In this document: piece after piece, positions 25,401 to 40,315 of the stretch
Layout of the letters: each line of letters starts with the position of its first letter
Position numbering within the stretch: the first letter of the stretch is position 1
Assembly (NCBI GenBank): GCA_951406725.2
Contig: OX597819.1
Span: 53,692,001-53,756,000, forward strand
Reading direction: 5' to 3'
Source of the DNA: Octopus vulgaris
Lineage: Eukaryota
Length of the DNA: 64,000 nucleotides
Notes under the pieces: model-generated
Databases searched by the model: none
Told to the model about the DNA's origin: nothing
Seen by the model: the letters and a program-made list of their open reading frames with translations, nothing else
Made by a program: the position numbers and the translations under genes

Positions 25401-27012
25401 CGTCACCATTATAAAACGGATGACACCAGGGGAGAAAAAAAAAACCTACTTAGCTAATTCTATATTTTCTTCTTCAATCAGTTCATTTGTAAAAAAAAAA
25501 AAGACAAGAAAAAGAAGAAAAAAAAAGCCTTACGTTTAATTTCCTTGAGATAATTTATAACATAAACGTTGAGATATCAGCTAGCAAGTAGAATGCAGTC
25601 GAACTTGTTTCATTGTTACGTGAGATTACTTTGAAAGAAGAGAGAGAGAGAAAAAAATTCAAGCTGTGATAGTTAAACTGTTAGAAGGTACTAAACTTTT
25701 GGTTTATAGTTAACTGACAGTTCAGAATAAATCAGCTATAATTATAAATAACACAAGACGGATTGTCGTTACTGCACAGGAGTGGGTCCGAATATTCAAT
25801 CTGGTTCTACATATAGCAAATTGCCTAAGCTACTACCCCAAAATGAGAAAATATTTTGTAATAAATCCCACACTCGGTAAGTGAAACGCTTTTTTTTTAT
25901 AATGATTTTATGGAGAATGTTTCTCTTGTAGGCTGAGTGAGGAGAGACTCTATCGAAAGCATTCACTTCTCTCTTGATTCTCTCTATTTCCTTGTGTGAC
26001 TTCGTGTGTGTGTATTTGTGTGCGCGTGTGTGTATATGTATGTGTTTGTGTGTGTGTCTGCATCTATCTCTCTACTTGTTTATCTCTTCTCTCTCTCTCT
26101 CCACACACACTCACACACATACACTCACTGTATGTATGTATATATTATTTAAACTGAATTACTTTCTAACTCGACTTGAGTTTCACGCCACACCAATCGC
26201 CAGGCGTGAAATTTGAGCTATGAGAAAGGAATTGAAGTATAAATAAAAAATGAACTTTACAACATAATCTTAAATACTCTCTTCATTCGCCGACAAAAGC
26301 AACATTGGAACATATTACGCGCGTTTGTGTATGAGTATACGTGTGTGTGTGTGTGTTTGTTTGTTTGTGTTTGTGAAGAGAAAAACAGAAATTTATTATA
26401 AGTCTTTTTAAGGGCGGTGAATGTACAGTATAGTTAGCGTCACACAAAATACTTTGTGGTATTTCTTCCGGCCCTTCACATTTCGAGTTCGAAAACCACC
26501 AAAGTTAACTTTCTCTTTCATCCTTCCAGGATCGATAAAATAAATTATCAGCATGGCCGCGGCCTCCGGGCTAAAACATTTTTAAGGATTTAAGGATTTA
26601 AGTCAAATACTAAGGTAGAAGGTATCGACTTAACCCTTCTACTCAAAATTGTTGGCCTTGTGCCTAAATTAGAAACAATTATTTTATTTACATTTTGTGT
26701 TTATTGATTCTTTTTCGAAGCTAAATTTTCCCTCCGTAACTGTTTCTGGTTTCTCGTTCCTCGAATGTTTAAGAGCAATTGTTGTAGGGTTTGAATTCTT
26801 AACAGGGACACCAGTCATATATTTTATCTTCTTCAATAGTATTGTTCGACCTGTGTTTGTTGTTTCGTCGTAGGACAGCCATGATTTCTTTTTCTTTTCT
26901 GGATATCGCTATAATATATCTCCCAATTCTCTTTAAATCCGCTTTTCTTCAGAGCGCCATTATAACGGAGTACAACTTAATGCAGCGGTAATTTCACGTT
27001 TATCGGAGGACT

Positions 27013-27099
<87 letters not shown>

Positions 27100-27264
27100 A
27101 CTCTTGTATGTACACTTCGATATACAGCTCCTATTGTTTATTGTAGTCCACTATCAAATTGCTCTTAGAACAAGAAATGCAGAGGTTGAAAATACTCACA
27201 ATGGGGAAACGTACGTGGGGAACAGATGATATAAAACACGTGCTTATCATAATTTGCTAGTACA

Positions 27265-27311
<47 letters not shown>

Positions 27312-27419
27312 AGTACCCGAGCTAAATTTGACTGTTATGCATAAAAGGAAACAATATCCCATTCATAGACAAAAGTATTTTTCAAAATCAAAAAGTATCA
27401 ACTAGATTATGGTTGGGAG

Positions 27420-27785
27420 ATAACAGTTTATTCAAAGTAGCCATCCTCAACTTACATCACAGCCTCAAGACGGCTCCGGAATCTGGTGCATGCGTTCCTC
27501 ATTATATCTCTTGGAAGATCTTCGAACAACTCCTTGATCTTGGCCATCAGCTCAGTTCAGTCTTGGTTGTTACAGGCAGAGTGGTTGGTGTTTTTCTCAA
27601 CTGTGCCCACATATTGTAATTCATGGGGTTACAGTCGAGGATGATTAGCCAGAAATTGAGGCTGGTCAAGTTGTAGAAATTGTCTGACAACCATTTCTGA
27701 CTGTTTCCGAAAGCATAGCAAGGAGCCGAATCCGGCTGCCACACGCATAATCTTCCAGCAGCAACCCTGTCCAGCTAGAGTTGAT
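27420..27785 (-). pseudogene. DD37D (maT)-type transposase C-terminal relic
   Basis: VWQPDSAPC...SQKWLSDNFY..TSLNFW..DCNPMNYNMW; resembles the QQD-x37-NPMD signature; frameshifted. Confidence 0.7.
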
Positions 27786-28552
27786 CAAGCTCAGCACCGT
27801 TAGCTAATGAAACATCCGTCATTTATCACACAGCTCTTGCTGTTTACAACGGTGGACCATCACACCCTATGGTCCCCACTACATGCTGTAATGGGCCATT
27901 GAGTGTTCAGTGTGTCTTAGCTAGAGACAGCGAAGCGCCAGTGACGAGGTATGTTGGTTGCTTATCTGCTAGTGTATTGACTCGGGGTAACGATCTCCTC
28001 TTATTTTAATATTTATGAAATTTATCTCTGTCAGTTTTGTTTTATCTGTTCGAGCATCTTTTTCGTTCATCTACTCCAGTAATACAAGATGGTTTAATTG
28101 AAAACACAAACACATGCACAAAAGGAATAAGCATCACGATACAATATCAGCTAGGTCAGTTAGTTTGTTAGTTATTTGATTTCAAGAAGTGTATTGGCGA
28201 CAAGAAAATCGATTCTTTTCTCAAAAGACGTCTGATTAATTTTTAAGTTCGCAGTTACATTTTCAAATGACAATCTGTTTCAAATTACACATTTTTATTC
28301 TTGGATTCGATATGTAAGCAGTTATAATTTAATCTCGCTTCATAAGCGTAATCTATAAATCCAAAATTAGTCATCTTTAAATCTTTAAGTGGCTGATATT
28401 TTTTTTAATATGTTGATATATATGGATGCTAATGAATTCCTACGTGTTTAAAAAATATCATTAGAAAAATGACTAGAGGACAAGGGTAGACAATGATTGT
28501 AGGAAAAGAATGTGGCCAGAATTTCAGAAACTGACGTTTAGAAAACATAACA

Positions 28553-28624
<72 letters not shown>

Positions 28625-28649
28625 TATATAGATACGTATATGTACTTAC

Positions 28650-28941
28650 ATCTATACAACAAAAAATACGAAGTACGACTATATGGAATATGAACTATTT
28701 CGAACAACGAAAGACGCAAATGAAAAACAAGACAAAAAACATAAGAACGATTCTTCATCAGTTGTTTCGAAATACGAGAGTAGAAAAACAGCCAACAACT
28801 GATGACGGGTCGTTCTTTATGTCGTTTGTCTTGTTTTCCATTTGTGTCTTTCGTTGTTCAAAAAAATAGTTCATATTCTATGTACTCGTACTTCATATTT
28901 TTTTGTTGTACACGTTTCGTGACGTCCTATGCCCACATATG

Positions 28942-28945
<4 letters not shown>
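28650..28945. mobile_element. Head-to-head Penelope-like pLTR relic (permuted-HHR family)
   Basis: 28650-28765 is inverted relative to 28793-28912; flanked by (TA)n; same family as 54830 and 56767. Confidence 0.75.
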
Positions 28946-29008
<63 letters not shown>

Positions 29009-29321
29009 CTTATTAAAGTGACTAGTCGCAATTTAAAACCAAATGGCACAAGTACAATCGTCGCTGAAAGTGAGTAAGGGTGCAAGTCATCACCAGCATT
29101 GCTAGAAATACGAGTCAAAGCAACCCTTAGCCACGAACAGAGCATTTTCTGTTCAGAGAACATTATCTATTTATTTTGTTGGTCCTAATAAATATCTAGT
29201 CACAACTGTGTTGTAAACATTAAGTGCACGAATAATCAACCGGTTGAGAAATGACTCGTGAAATTTTGCTGACGAAAACTGTGCGGAAGCCCATTATATA
29301 TATATATATATATATATATAT

Positions 29322-29625
29322 CACCGTGACCGACCAGGCTATCAGATGTTGCTACACATCGCTGGTCACAATGCGCTTCGCATTGTTTTACCCTTCAAAT
29401 GACGCCACGCCGCTGGTTAAGCGAGCAGGCCAACAGAAGAAAGAGTGAGAGAAAGTTGCGGCGAAAGAGTACAGCATGGATCGACCCCCCCCCCACCTGC
29501 CGGGGCCTCGTGGAGCTTTAGGTGTTTTCGCTCAATAAACACTCACAACGCCCGGTATGGGAATCGAAAACGCGATCCTACGACCGCGAGTCCGCTGCCC
29601 TAACCACTGGGCCATTGCGCCTCCC
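29322..29625 (-). mobile_element. SINE family C, full length
   Basis: GGAGGCGCAATGGCCCAGTGGTTAGGG head; tail CTGGTCGGTCACGGTGA. Confidence 0.9.
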
Positions 29626-29626
29626 C

Positions 29627-29659
<33 letters not shown>

Positions 29660-29750
29660 GACTTCCGCCTCTCAGTATGTTTACCTCGTGAAGACCACTC
29701 GCGTTTTTTTTCCCTCTGTCCTCCCACCTCGGGATCTTTCTTTCTCTTAT

Positions 29751-29785
29751 GTTTCCGACGACGAGCTCCGCTCGAAACGTCATAC
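29751..29785 (+). ncRNA. Minimal type I hammerhead-like motif (CCGACGA variant) in Penelope-like relic 29660-29890
   Basis: GTTT-CCGACGA-C-GAGC-TCC-GCTC-GAAA-CGTC-ATAC. Confidence 0.55.
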
Positions 29786-30619
29786 CCTCCTTCTTCCCTT
29801 TTTTCCTGAGCGCCTAATAATACTTTAATTGTTCCACCTTTTGCGTTATTGTCTTTTTTGTTTTTGTTTTTCTTGTTTGGATTAACTTTATATATATATA
29901 TATATAACTGAAACACACACACACACACATTATGTGCGTATATCTATTTTCGGTTACCCCTATGTCGATTTCCGTTCCTCTGTGTCAGAAAGTCGACATA
30001 GCTATTCGATAGACAGAGTTCGATAAAAGACCAAAACCCTTCCGAAGGCAGCGCCTAAGCATGGCCGCTGTTCAGTGACAGAAGTTAAGGGAATTATTTA
30101 TTCTTCCTTGTATCAGAAATTTACAATTTGTTACAAATCAAAGGAAGTAATTTCTAAATTTGGGCGTGATTTTTGTTAAGTTTCCTAACTGCCGTCAACC
30201 ATTTCATTTTATTATATTTATTATATAATATGAAGAAATGAAATTAATTTAGAGCCGTGACACCTTCTGCTTTCAAACCATACCGCAGTCGACTTAGAAT
30301 TTTTATTTCTATGAAACCGATAAAATGTATCAATCGTGTATGAGAGAGGCATGATTTAATCGATTTTATCACATCCCAAAATTTTATCCCTTGTGTCTAT
30401 GACAGTAATCAATATTGGAAGAATCGTTTCCGCTCAGGCCAAAAATACTTAGAGGGCATTTCTTCCGATTTTATGTTTTGAGTTCAAATTCCGCCCTGGT
30501 CGAATCTGCTTTTCATCCATTTTGCTTTCGATAAAATAAGTACCAGTTGTAAGCGCCAAATTAGAGACAGAAAAAGATGGATTCATCAGAATGATTCACT
30601 TCTCTGTATCAAACTGATG

Positions 30620-32140
30620 GTATATTTCTTGCTTATCGTATATTTTTCAGATATTTATCACTTATCACTTGCTCATCAGTCATTTGTTACCTATCTCTTG
30701 TTTATCAATTGCTTATCAGTTTTTTTTATATGTTACATATCAGTTTTTGATAAGTTATCAATTGCCTATCAGTTTTTGAGTTTTGTTTTAAAATGAACTG
30801 TTTATCAGTTATAGGTTAATTTATTAGTCAATTATCACTTGCTTGCGAGGTTTTTGTCAGTTATTTATTAAGTAGTTATCGGTTATTTATTAAGTACTTA
30901 TATGTTGTTTATCAGTTATTTATCAGTCGTTTATGTTGTTTATTAGTTATCAGTTGGTTATCAGTTTTTAATCAGCAATTTATCAGTTATCCATCTATCC
31001 ATTTTCTCCGTCCTCTATTCCTGGGAGGGTCGTGGTCGTCACGTCCTCCGGCACTTCTTCCATAGGGTCCTAACAGGATGAACCATGATTAAACTTGCCT
31101 GCTGGATTTTCAAGTATGACCTACTGAAACTAACAAACTAACTGACCAAACTAATATCGCATGGTGGTGCTTATTCCTTTTGTGCATGTGTTTGTGTTTT
31201 CAGTGAAACCATCTTGTATTAGTGGAGTAAAATGAACGAAAAATATGCCCTAATGAATAAAACAAAGTTATCCTGTCATCTTGGTCTACCCCTGGGTCTC
31301 CTGCCAGCTAGCTCGGTTTGAAGAATCTGTCTTGCAAACCTTTCCTGCGACATTCTAATCAAACGTCCGCAGTATCGGAGCTGTAATTTTTCAGTGCAGA
31401 GAAGTAGCGGCTCGACCCAGAGAGATGAGATACTCTGATCTCATCTCCGAGCTACGCACCTTATCGGATAACATTACTACGGCGATTCTTCGGAGGAACC
31501 CTATTTCAACTGTTTCTATTCGCGATTGTACTCTTTCGGCCGTCACTCAACATTCATGACCATAGGTAAGAATAGGCACGAAAACCGAACTGAAAATAGC
31601 AAGTTTGGCTTTTTTTTTTTACCAAACTTTTCTCTTCAGAGGATCGAATGCTGAAGCTGATACATTAGTGAGGTAGCACCCACAATTCTAGCACCCAACT
31701 CAACCTCCTGCTTTCCACCGCATGCGATTATGGCTCCGAGGTTCTTAAACTTTTTCACTTGTCTCAGTGATGTTCCACTAACATGTAGAATGCCCTGGGG
31801 AAACATTCTTGAGAAGACTAATACCTCTGTCTTCGCAACACTTATTCTTGTCCTTGCCTTGCAGCATTTGGCAATGAACCCATTCAGTACATGCTGGAGA
31901 TTACCTTCTCTTTATCGGTTATTTATCAGTTTCTCTTTTGTTAGTAACCATTCAGGTATTTCGCAATTATTTATCAGTTTTTTAAAGTTATACTTCAGTT
32001 ATTTATCTGTTATTTAGCACTTGATTATCAATTACATAACAGTTGTTTTTTAATTAATTAATTCTTATTTACCAGTTCTTTATCAGATGTTTATTTCTTG
32101 TTTATCAATTTATCAATTTATCAATTTTTATCAACTGAAC
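30620..32140. repeat. Degenerate TTATCAG-rich simple satellite, split by an RTE LINE
   Basis: About 20 TTATCA words counted by eye in 30620-30990 and 31910-32140. Confidence 0.7.
31015..31905 (-). mobile_element. RTE-clade (Expander/Rex3-like) LINE 3' fragment
   Basis: Minus strand KTEVLVFSR..KFKNLG, AKLAIFSSVFVPILTYGHEC, EIGFLRRI..DKVRSSE, VEPLLL..QLR..G..IRM, GRRPRGRPR. Confidence 0.85.
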
Positions 32141-33415
32141 ATAAATTGTTTCCTTAAATTGCTACAATTCGATTTTGTTATTTTCCCAACAGAAAAATCA
32201 ATCGAAGTATGGATGTAGTTGTAACTGCATATCTGTTTTACCGATTCTAGGTTCATATCCCCTCCGTGTTACTTGGAAGCCACAGCCTATCTAGTCGACA
32301 AAACATAAAACAGAGTGTACTGATATCAAGTCGCTGGTAGTGAGAAGTTTCCAAATGTCACAAGCCCAAACACTTAACTCTTTTTGAATCAGTTTGGGGT
32401 CTGTAGTCTTGCGAGCTGCCTGGCGACCTCGCTAGTACCAGTGGCACGAAAAATACACCTAGTATACTCTGTAAAGGGTTGGTCTTAGAGAGGGCATCCA
32501 GCTGTAGAAACTGTGCAAAATCAGACACTGGAGTACGATGCAGTCCTTGGGCCCGTGGGATCCTATTAAACCGTCCAATTCGTGCCAGCATAAAAAATAG
32601 ATGTTAAATGATGATGATGATGATGATGATGATGGTGATGGTGATGGTGGTGGTGGTTCATGGTTATCTGTTAGTTACACAACATACACTTTATATAAGA
32701 GGTGGTTGTCGTTAAATTACAGTGTTGATTTCAATACGTAGACAGGGCATAACCTAGGGAGTGTTGGGTTTATTAGTCTAAAATGTTTTTGATACACAAC
32801 TTAAACAGGATGTCTTTTGTGGTGATCTAGCAACCGATGTGTGTAGGCTGCAATAAGGTGTGTAAAGTAGTGAATAAGAAACAGACCCATAAAAAAAAAT
32901 CCAGAGAACTGACGATGATCATTCTTGCCTTTCCATGTTCTGAATTCAAATTCTGTCGAAATCGACTTTACTTTTCACCAGCTCGAGGTCGATATTATAA
33001 ATGCCTGTTATATCGCAGTCGATCGAATTCCCTATTATTCTCTCCTACATAATAATCCCGTACCTAAGAAAGAAATGAATAAAACAGGCTACAGTAGTAC
33101 ATGTTGATCTCGAAGTAAGCACTTCAGAGATATCGAAAACTCTTTTCCTACACGTCACATAAAATGTTAGATACTTCACTCCGGAGTTACACTGATGGAC
33201 ATCCTAGCGTTATATTATTACACATGAATGATTGAAGATTTTCATAAAAATGGAAGACAAAATTTAACATGTCCAGGCTTGTTTTACGGAAGTTCATTTT
33301 ATGCTGTTTATCTTATTTAGGTCGATGGCGCCATATATATACATATATATATATATACATACATACATATATATATACATACATACATACATACATACAT
33401 ACATACATACATACA

Positions 33416-33447
<32 letters not shown>

Positions 33448-34739
33448 CATACATATATATACATATATATATATATTCTAAGTTCTATTTCCACGAGTAT
33501 TATAATGTGGATATCAGCTTCTAGACCAACGGTAACGTCGTTTAGAAAGAAAATCTTTTCTGAAAGACACCATCTTTACCCCAAGAAGCGAAAATCAATA
33601 TATCTGTTCTCTAGGAGACTCAATCGATTTATTGCAATTCACGAATATAACCAGCAATATAAGTCTTCACCAACATGACTCAAGCTCTGCATCGATTATA
33701 CAAGCTAGATTCCATATATTCATAATGGATTGCCCATTGAACGCTGAAATCGTTTACAGCAACTTCCTCAAATAGAAATATTTTGTAAAGGACTTGTGCA
33801 GACATGTTGGACGAAAGGGTTTTGCCTACATTCGAGACTATGACTTGACTTGAGATATGTTCAGCATTGTGGCCAGCACTAACAGAATGTGGGGAGTACA
33901 AGCAAATCCGATAAAAAACATGTCAATCAGAAGAGGAAACACAATGGCATAATAGAAACTGACTGACTTACTGAATGACTAAAACCGTGTATGGTTGGAT
34001 AGGTGTGCGTGCGTGTATGAAGGGGTTGTATTTCACGATTGTAGGGAAGTAGCCAGTAGGGTTCTCAGCTAAAGAGTTTTAATTTTCTGTCATATCGAGT
34101 GGAGTTTGTATTGTGAGACTCTGTGGTTGTTGTTGTTGCTTAGCCCCAGGTCAGTTCTGCGATTCAGCAGACCCTATAATTATCAAAGCTGCTTCAGCAA
34201 CGAACAACTAGCAAATGTTTTCAAGCACAAGCACAAGTCCCCTATCTACTTTTGTTTTAAAAGATGGTAAAGCGTTATTTGAAATGGAGTTAGATATGAT
34301 TCCAGTAAATAAAACGACCGGGTAGAAGCAAGCACTCTCGTTGGCTCGTGTGAGGTTCTGTTGTTTCTTAGTTATGGTGGAAATGGCAGTAGGTACAAGA
34401 TAGCGGAAACGAGTACTGTTGCTGTTGATAATAGTTGTGATGATGATGTCAATGATGATGATGATGATGATGATGTCAATGGTAAAAGTTATGGCGGCGT
34501 TGACAGCAGTAGTGGTAGTGGTGGTAGCAGTGGAGAGCAGAATGACGCGATTCTCTATTAAAACCTACTTTTACAGCAGTTATAGTTGCTATTGTCATGG
34601 CTGTCTGTCATGATCTGTTTGATTGATTTATAGATATACCGATTAGCTGGTGATGAGAAAAGAAAAAAAAAATCATTTGTTTTGAAATGTGGATGCCTTT
34701 AAATATTATTTGTATATTACGACATGGAAACTGGAACAG

Positions 34740-34783
<44 letters not shown>

Positions 34784-35009
34784 CTCTCGCTCTCTTTCTT
34801 TTTCTCCTCACTTGCTTTTTTTCTCGCGCACACTTATACACGCTCATGGATAAATAATCTATCTACCAATCCATCCATCCATTTCATCCACCCATACACA
34901 CAAACACTCACTCACTCACACACGCATATGTATATACACACGCATATACATATATATACACATGCACATGTATATGTACACACGCGTATATGTTTACGCG
35001 CCCACTCAC

Positions 35010-35040
<31 letters not shown>

Positions 35041-35084
35041 TGTATGTATGTATGTATGTATGTATGTATGTATGTATGTATGTA

Positions 35085-35133
<49 letters not shown>

Positions 35134-35138
35134 ATGTA

Positions 35139-35191
<53 letters not shown>

Positions 35192-35267
35192 ACTAATGTG
35201 TAAAACCCGAGCACACTGGTGTTGGTCTATGTTGGCAGAAATTATACAATGAAGTTTAATTCAGTGT

Positions 35268-35307
<40 letters not shown>

Positions 35308-35489
35308 TTGCGTGCGTGTGCGCGTGCGTATGATAGATTGACATCTTACAACGTTGGTTACCTTAGCCACAGTCTTATTGAACGGTAGTGGAATTATGTG
35401 GAGATTGGTCTGCTTGTATCATTTTGAGGGTATGTTTATATATATATATATGGCGCTGGTTGTATGTGATAGATATGAAGAGTATGCGC

Positions 35490-35656
35490 ATGTATGTATG
35501 TATGTATGTATGTATGTATGTATGTATGTATGTATGTATGTATGTATGTATGTATATGTGTGTGTATGTATGTATGTATGTATGTATGTATGTATGTATG
35601 TATGTATGTATGTATGTATGTATGTATGTATGTATGTATTATATGTATGTATGTAT

Positions 35657-35688
<32 letters not shown>

Positions 35689-35957
35689 TGTATGTATGTA
35701 TGTATGTATGTATGTATGTATGTATGTATGTATGTATGTATGTATGTATGTATGTATGTATATATGTATGTATGTATTATGTATGTATGTATGTATGTAT
35801 GTATGTATGTATGTATGTATGTATGTATGTATGTATGTATGTATGTATGTATGTATGTATGTATGTATGTATGTATGTATGTATGTATGTATGTATGTAT
35901 GTATGTATGTATGTATGTATGTATGTATGTATGTATGTATGTATGTATGTATGTATG

Positions 35958-35991
<34 letters not shown>

Positions 35992-36060
35992 TGTATGTAT
36001 GTATGTATGTATGTATGTATGTATGTATGTATGTATATATGTATGTATGTATGTGTGTAT
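35490..36060. repeat. Long (TATG)n microsatellite abutting a LINE 3' end
   Basis: About 570 bp of near-pure tetranucleotide repeat. Confidence 0.97.
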
Positions 36061-36720
36061 GTTATTTCGTTTTATTTCAAGATTTCTTGCCTATGAAGAA
36101 AGTCCCGGTTTCTAACCTAGCTCCAAGGCTCCTTCATTAGGATTGCAACACCAACGGAATAGTTGCGTATATATGTACGAATATGTACAGTATCTGGTGT
36201 CAGTGCATTTGCAGATCTGTATGTTTTGTTTTCTGCATTTTTACTAATACATATAGTTGCATGTCCAGACATGCATGTACATACGTACTAATATGCTAAA
36301 TTTTGGGGAAGTTTTGCATATCTTGACAGGTTTTTTGATGACTTGTATCTAAGGTCTTCGAATTAGCTTTCTCTTTTCTCCTTTTGAGAGCCCTAATTTC
36401 TCAAAATTGGTGCCGAAGCAGTTTGTTATATCCTATTCAATAATACGGGTATAAATCTGAACTCCGTAATCTAGGTGGAATAGCTGTAAATTTCTTAGTA
36501 GTTTCGCTTGGATCTTTTTCTTTTTCGTTGATCCGCTATATAGCTGATTTTCACTATTGTATATAGTTTCTCCTCTCTGTCCCAAATCACTCTGTCTGGT
36601 CGTCGCTTCCAAGCGCTACTAGTAACACGTAGTCCACTGTAATCCGTCGGATTGTCAGTGAGTAAACTGATGCTCAAACCATGCTAGTTTGAAGCCAGTG
36701 TAGGGTGAGCAAGTCTCTAG
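36061..36720 (-). mobile_element. RLE-type (R4/Dong-like) LINE 3' end running into (CATA)n
   Basis: RPDRVIWDREEKLYTIVKIS (PD..E-like), FRFIPV, RKLIRR..VKICKT; the 3' UTR ends AATAAAACGAAATAA(CATA)n. Confidence 0.7.
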
Positions 36721-37430
36721 CCATAGAACGGGGACTTGGAAAATCTGGATTGGTGTCCGGTGTTGTTGATGAAGTAGTATTAGTTCCATAGTTCTAAAGT
36801 AAGACAGAACGATGAAAAATTACTCCAAATGCTAGTGACACACATTCAATTCTAGCACCGCATAGATAGAACCGATTTGGAAAATAGCCAATCAGATTGC
36901 GTGTGACGAGTTGAAAGTAGTATGCCGACATATTGGGACAATTTCATCCCAAGGGAAAAGAACTTTATGGAAAATATGGATGAAAAGTCTTTTTATAACC
37001 CGGACTACATTAAAATATGGTACATACCTAATTGCGTGTTGTTTTTACATTGACATATACAATTCTTTTCAGCACTCAAACTATTAGGGAAATGTTTAAA
37101 CGGTCTATTAATTTCTTAGATCTGTTATGGACCCTAGGACACACTTAAGGCAGGAGCTTAACCCAGTTTTTTAGGGCGCTTATGGGATTGAGATTACAAC
37201 ACTCACCTCCTGAACTAGCTAATCATGGCACTTATTACAGCCAACTGGACTGGGGCAACATGAAATAAAGTGCTTTGATCAAGTATCGAAACCATGATCT
37301 TACGATCGTGGGTGCAACACTTTAACCACGAGGCCACGCGCCTTCATTATTGACGGAAAGGCTAAATGAAGTTTACACCTGTATAATTTTTTTTTACTTC
37401 ATCATGTTGTTGGACATAATAATGTTCTGA

Positions 37431-37760
37431 AGGCGCGTGGCTTAGTGTTTAGGTGATTCGGTTCACGATTATAAGGTCGTGAGTTCGATTCCCGGCGGCA
37501 CGTTGTGTCCTTGAGCAAGGCACTTTATTTCATGTTACTCCAGTCCACTCAGCCAGCAAAGATGTGTAGTACCTGTGTTTCAAAGGGTCAGCCTTGTAGC
37601 CTTGTTACATTCTATGTCACGCTGTATCTCCTTGAGAACTACATTAAGGATACGCGTGTCTGTGACATGCTCAACCACTTGCATGTTAATTTCACGTGCA
37701 TGTTGTTCCATTGGTTGAATCAAATGGAAGCCTCGTCGTCGTGACCGACGGAGTGCCAGT
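37431..37760 (+). mobile_element. SINE family D with alternative tail
   Basis: tRNA head GGCGCGTGGCTTAGTG..AGTTCGATTCCC; body shared with 16553; a partial inverted copy lies at 37243-37345. Confidence 0.75.
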
Positions 37761-38426
37761 CAGTTATTAGTGTTGGATAAGTTATAAAAATTTTAAACGT
37801 ACATTGAAAAAAAATTCAAATATGATAATTCGTTTACCTCACCTTTTTTTTTATTTTTACCAATCTTTGTACTCATCTTCCACATCCATGGGCTAACTTT
37901 TCCGAGAAACGGGCTGCTTGAAACATCACTCATCATCAGCGGGCTAGACAACTAAAAAGTAAAAAAAGTAAAAAAGGTAAACTTTTCTTGGTGTGCCATT
38001 CAGAAAGACCCACAGGCCGCAGTTTGCCTATGAATACCTCAAACAATTGCTGTTGGTATTTAGTTCCTAAGTCAGCTCTTATCCAGCAGAGCGATGATCA
38101 AAAGCGTTCTAACCAGGCTATTCCATCTTTTCTTTGAAAAATAATATATCTAGAATTACCATATCCAATGTGTCCTTCCCTATTATTTTTAATAAGACGA
38201 ACGAATGAGGGTGTAATTTAGTCATTATTTCTGGCAGATAGAAACGAACAGAGAGTTTGTCGTTGACTCATTACTACAGTAATCTTTTTAGCGTGTCTCA
38301 AACCGTAAATTAGTTATGGTCGTATGCTAATTAAAAATCTCTTTCAGCTGCCATTGGTCAGTAGTTTTTGTTCCTCTTGTGGCTGTGGCTGTGGTTGAGG
38401 CTTTGAAACCATTGTACAGTTTTGTT

Positions 38427-38548
38427 TCACCAATTGTTAATATTACAGGCGTGTAATTGTTTTTGCTGCAGTCTGACTTCGTGCTGCATGCGTGAAGCGT
38501 TGGCAGCGAGACGTTTCCGTTTTGTCACAGACTCTTCCTTTGATAAGG
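38427..38548 (-). CDS. Candidate terminal coding exon of an unknown gene
   Basis: Strong polypyrimidine tract and TACAG acceptor (38549-38600), non-repetitive sequence, phase-1 frame LSKEESVTKRKRLAANASRMQHEVRLQQKQLHACNINNW*. No homology recognised. Confidence 0.3.
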
Positions 38549-38866
38549 CTGTAATTTTGATTGAGATGAAGAAAAGAAAAAAAAGGGGGAAAAAACGACA
38601 CAAACGAAAATGCGTAAATGCACGCACATAAGCACAAACATGTAAACTATATGTATGTACACCATATTTACAATATATATGCATATATACACTTTGTGCA
38701 TGTGCACGACATATACGATATATTTATTTATACACACACACACTCACAAAAATATATACATGTATATGTCCGTGTGTATATGCATATCTATACCTGTGGG
38801 TATATGTATACGCGTATGTATGTATGTATGTATGTATGTATGTATGTATGTATGTATGTATGTATG

Positions 38867-38904
<38 letters not shown>

Positions 38905-38991
38905 ACATATACATATATATATGCATATATATGTATATATATACATATTTACAGACGCACACATATATATATGTTTACATACATATATATA

Positions 38992-39045
<54 letters not shown>

Positions 39046-39170
39046 CATCTATATGTGTGTGCATACATATATATGCATATATATATAAACATAATTATGT
39101 ATGTGTATATATACATATGTGAGTGTGTTGTGTGTGTGTGTATGTGTGTGTATGTGTGTGTATGTGTGTG

Positions 39171-39233
<63 letters not shown>

Positions 39234-39553
39234 TAGCGATACTAGTCTGTTAAAGATCTAAACATTTGTAATTAAATCAGCGTAATGCCTATCTAATTAC
39301 CTGTCCGCGGTGTCGGGCAGTGTTGTAAGGTGTATCATAGTGGCCTTCCCTCTGTGATATTTAGTAACCCGCTGATTGAATTAAAGCGTCACTTCACAAG
39401 TTAATTACCTTCCAGAAATGTATCCTGTTGACAAACACCAAAACCATATTGAGTCGTCGATGGATACCATGACCTTCGCGTCGGTGAAATCTCTGTAATG
39501 CTAATTATTTTTGTTCCCATTTCTCACCCGTTGCACACACACACGCGCGCACG

Positions 39554-39610
<57 letters not shown>

Positions 39611-39800
39611 ATACACATGCACATACACATACACACACGCATATGCAAACACATACACCCATACACACTTCTCCGTCTACACTTCTCCGTCTCCTCATTT
39701 TTCATCTTCCCTCTCCTGAAACATGTATATGTGCGTGTGTGTGTGTATATATTTTTATATATATGTATATATATGTATGTATATATGTGTATATATATAC

Positions 39801-40315
<515 letters not shown>

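Noticed and set aside
33640-33900. DCPLNAEIVY, weakly like a Penelope endonuclease motif
   Set aside because: Too short and interrupted by stops to support a call.
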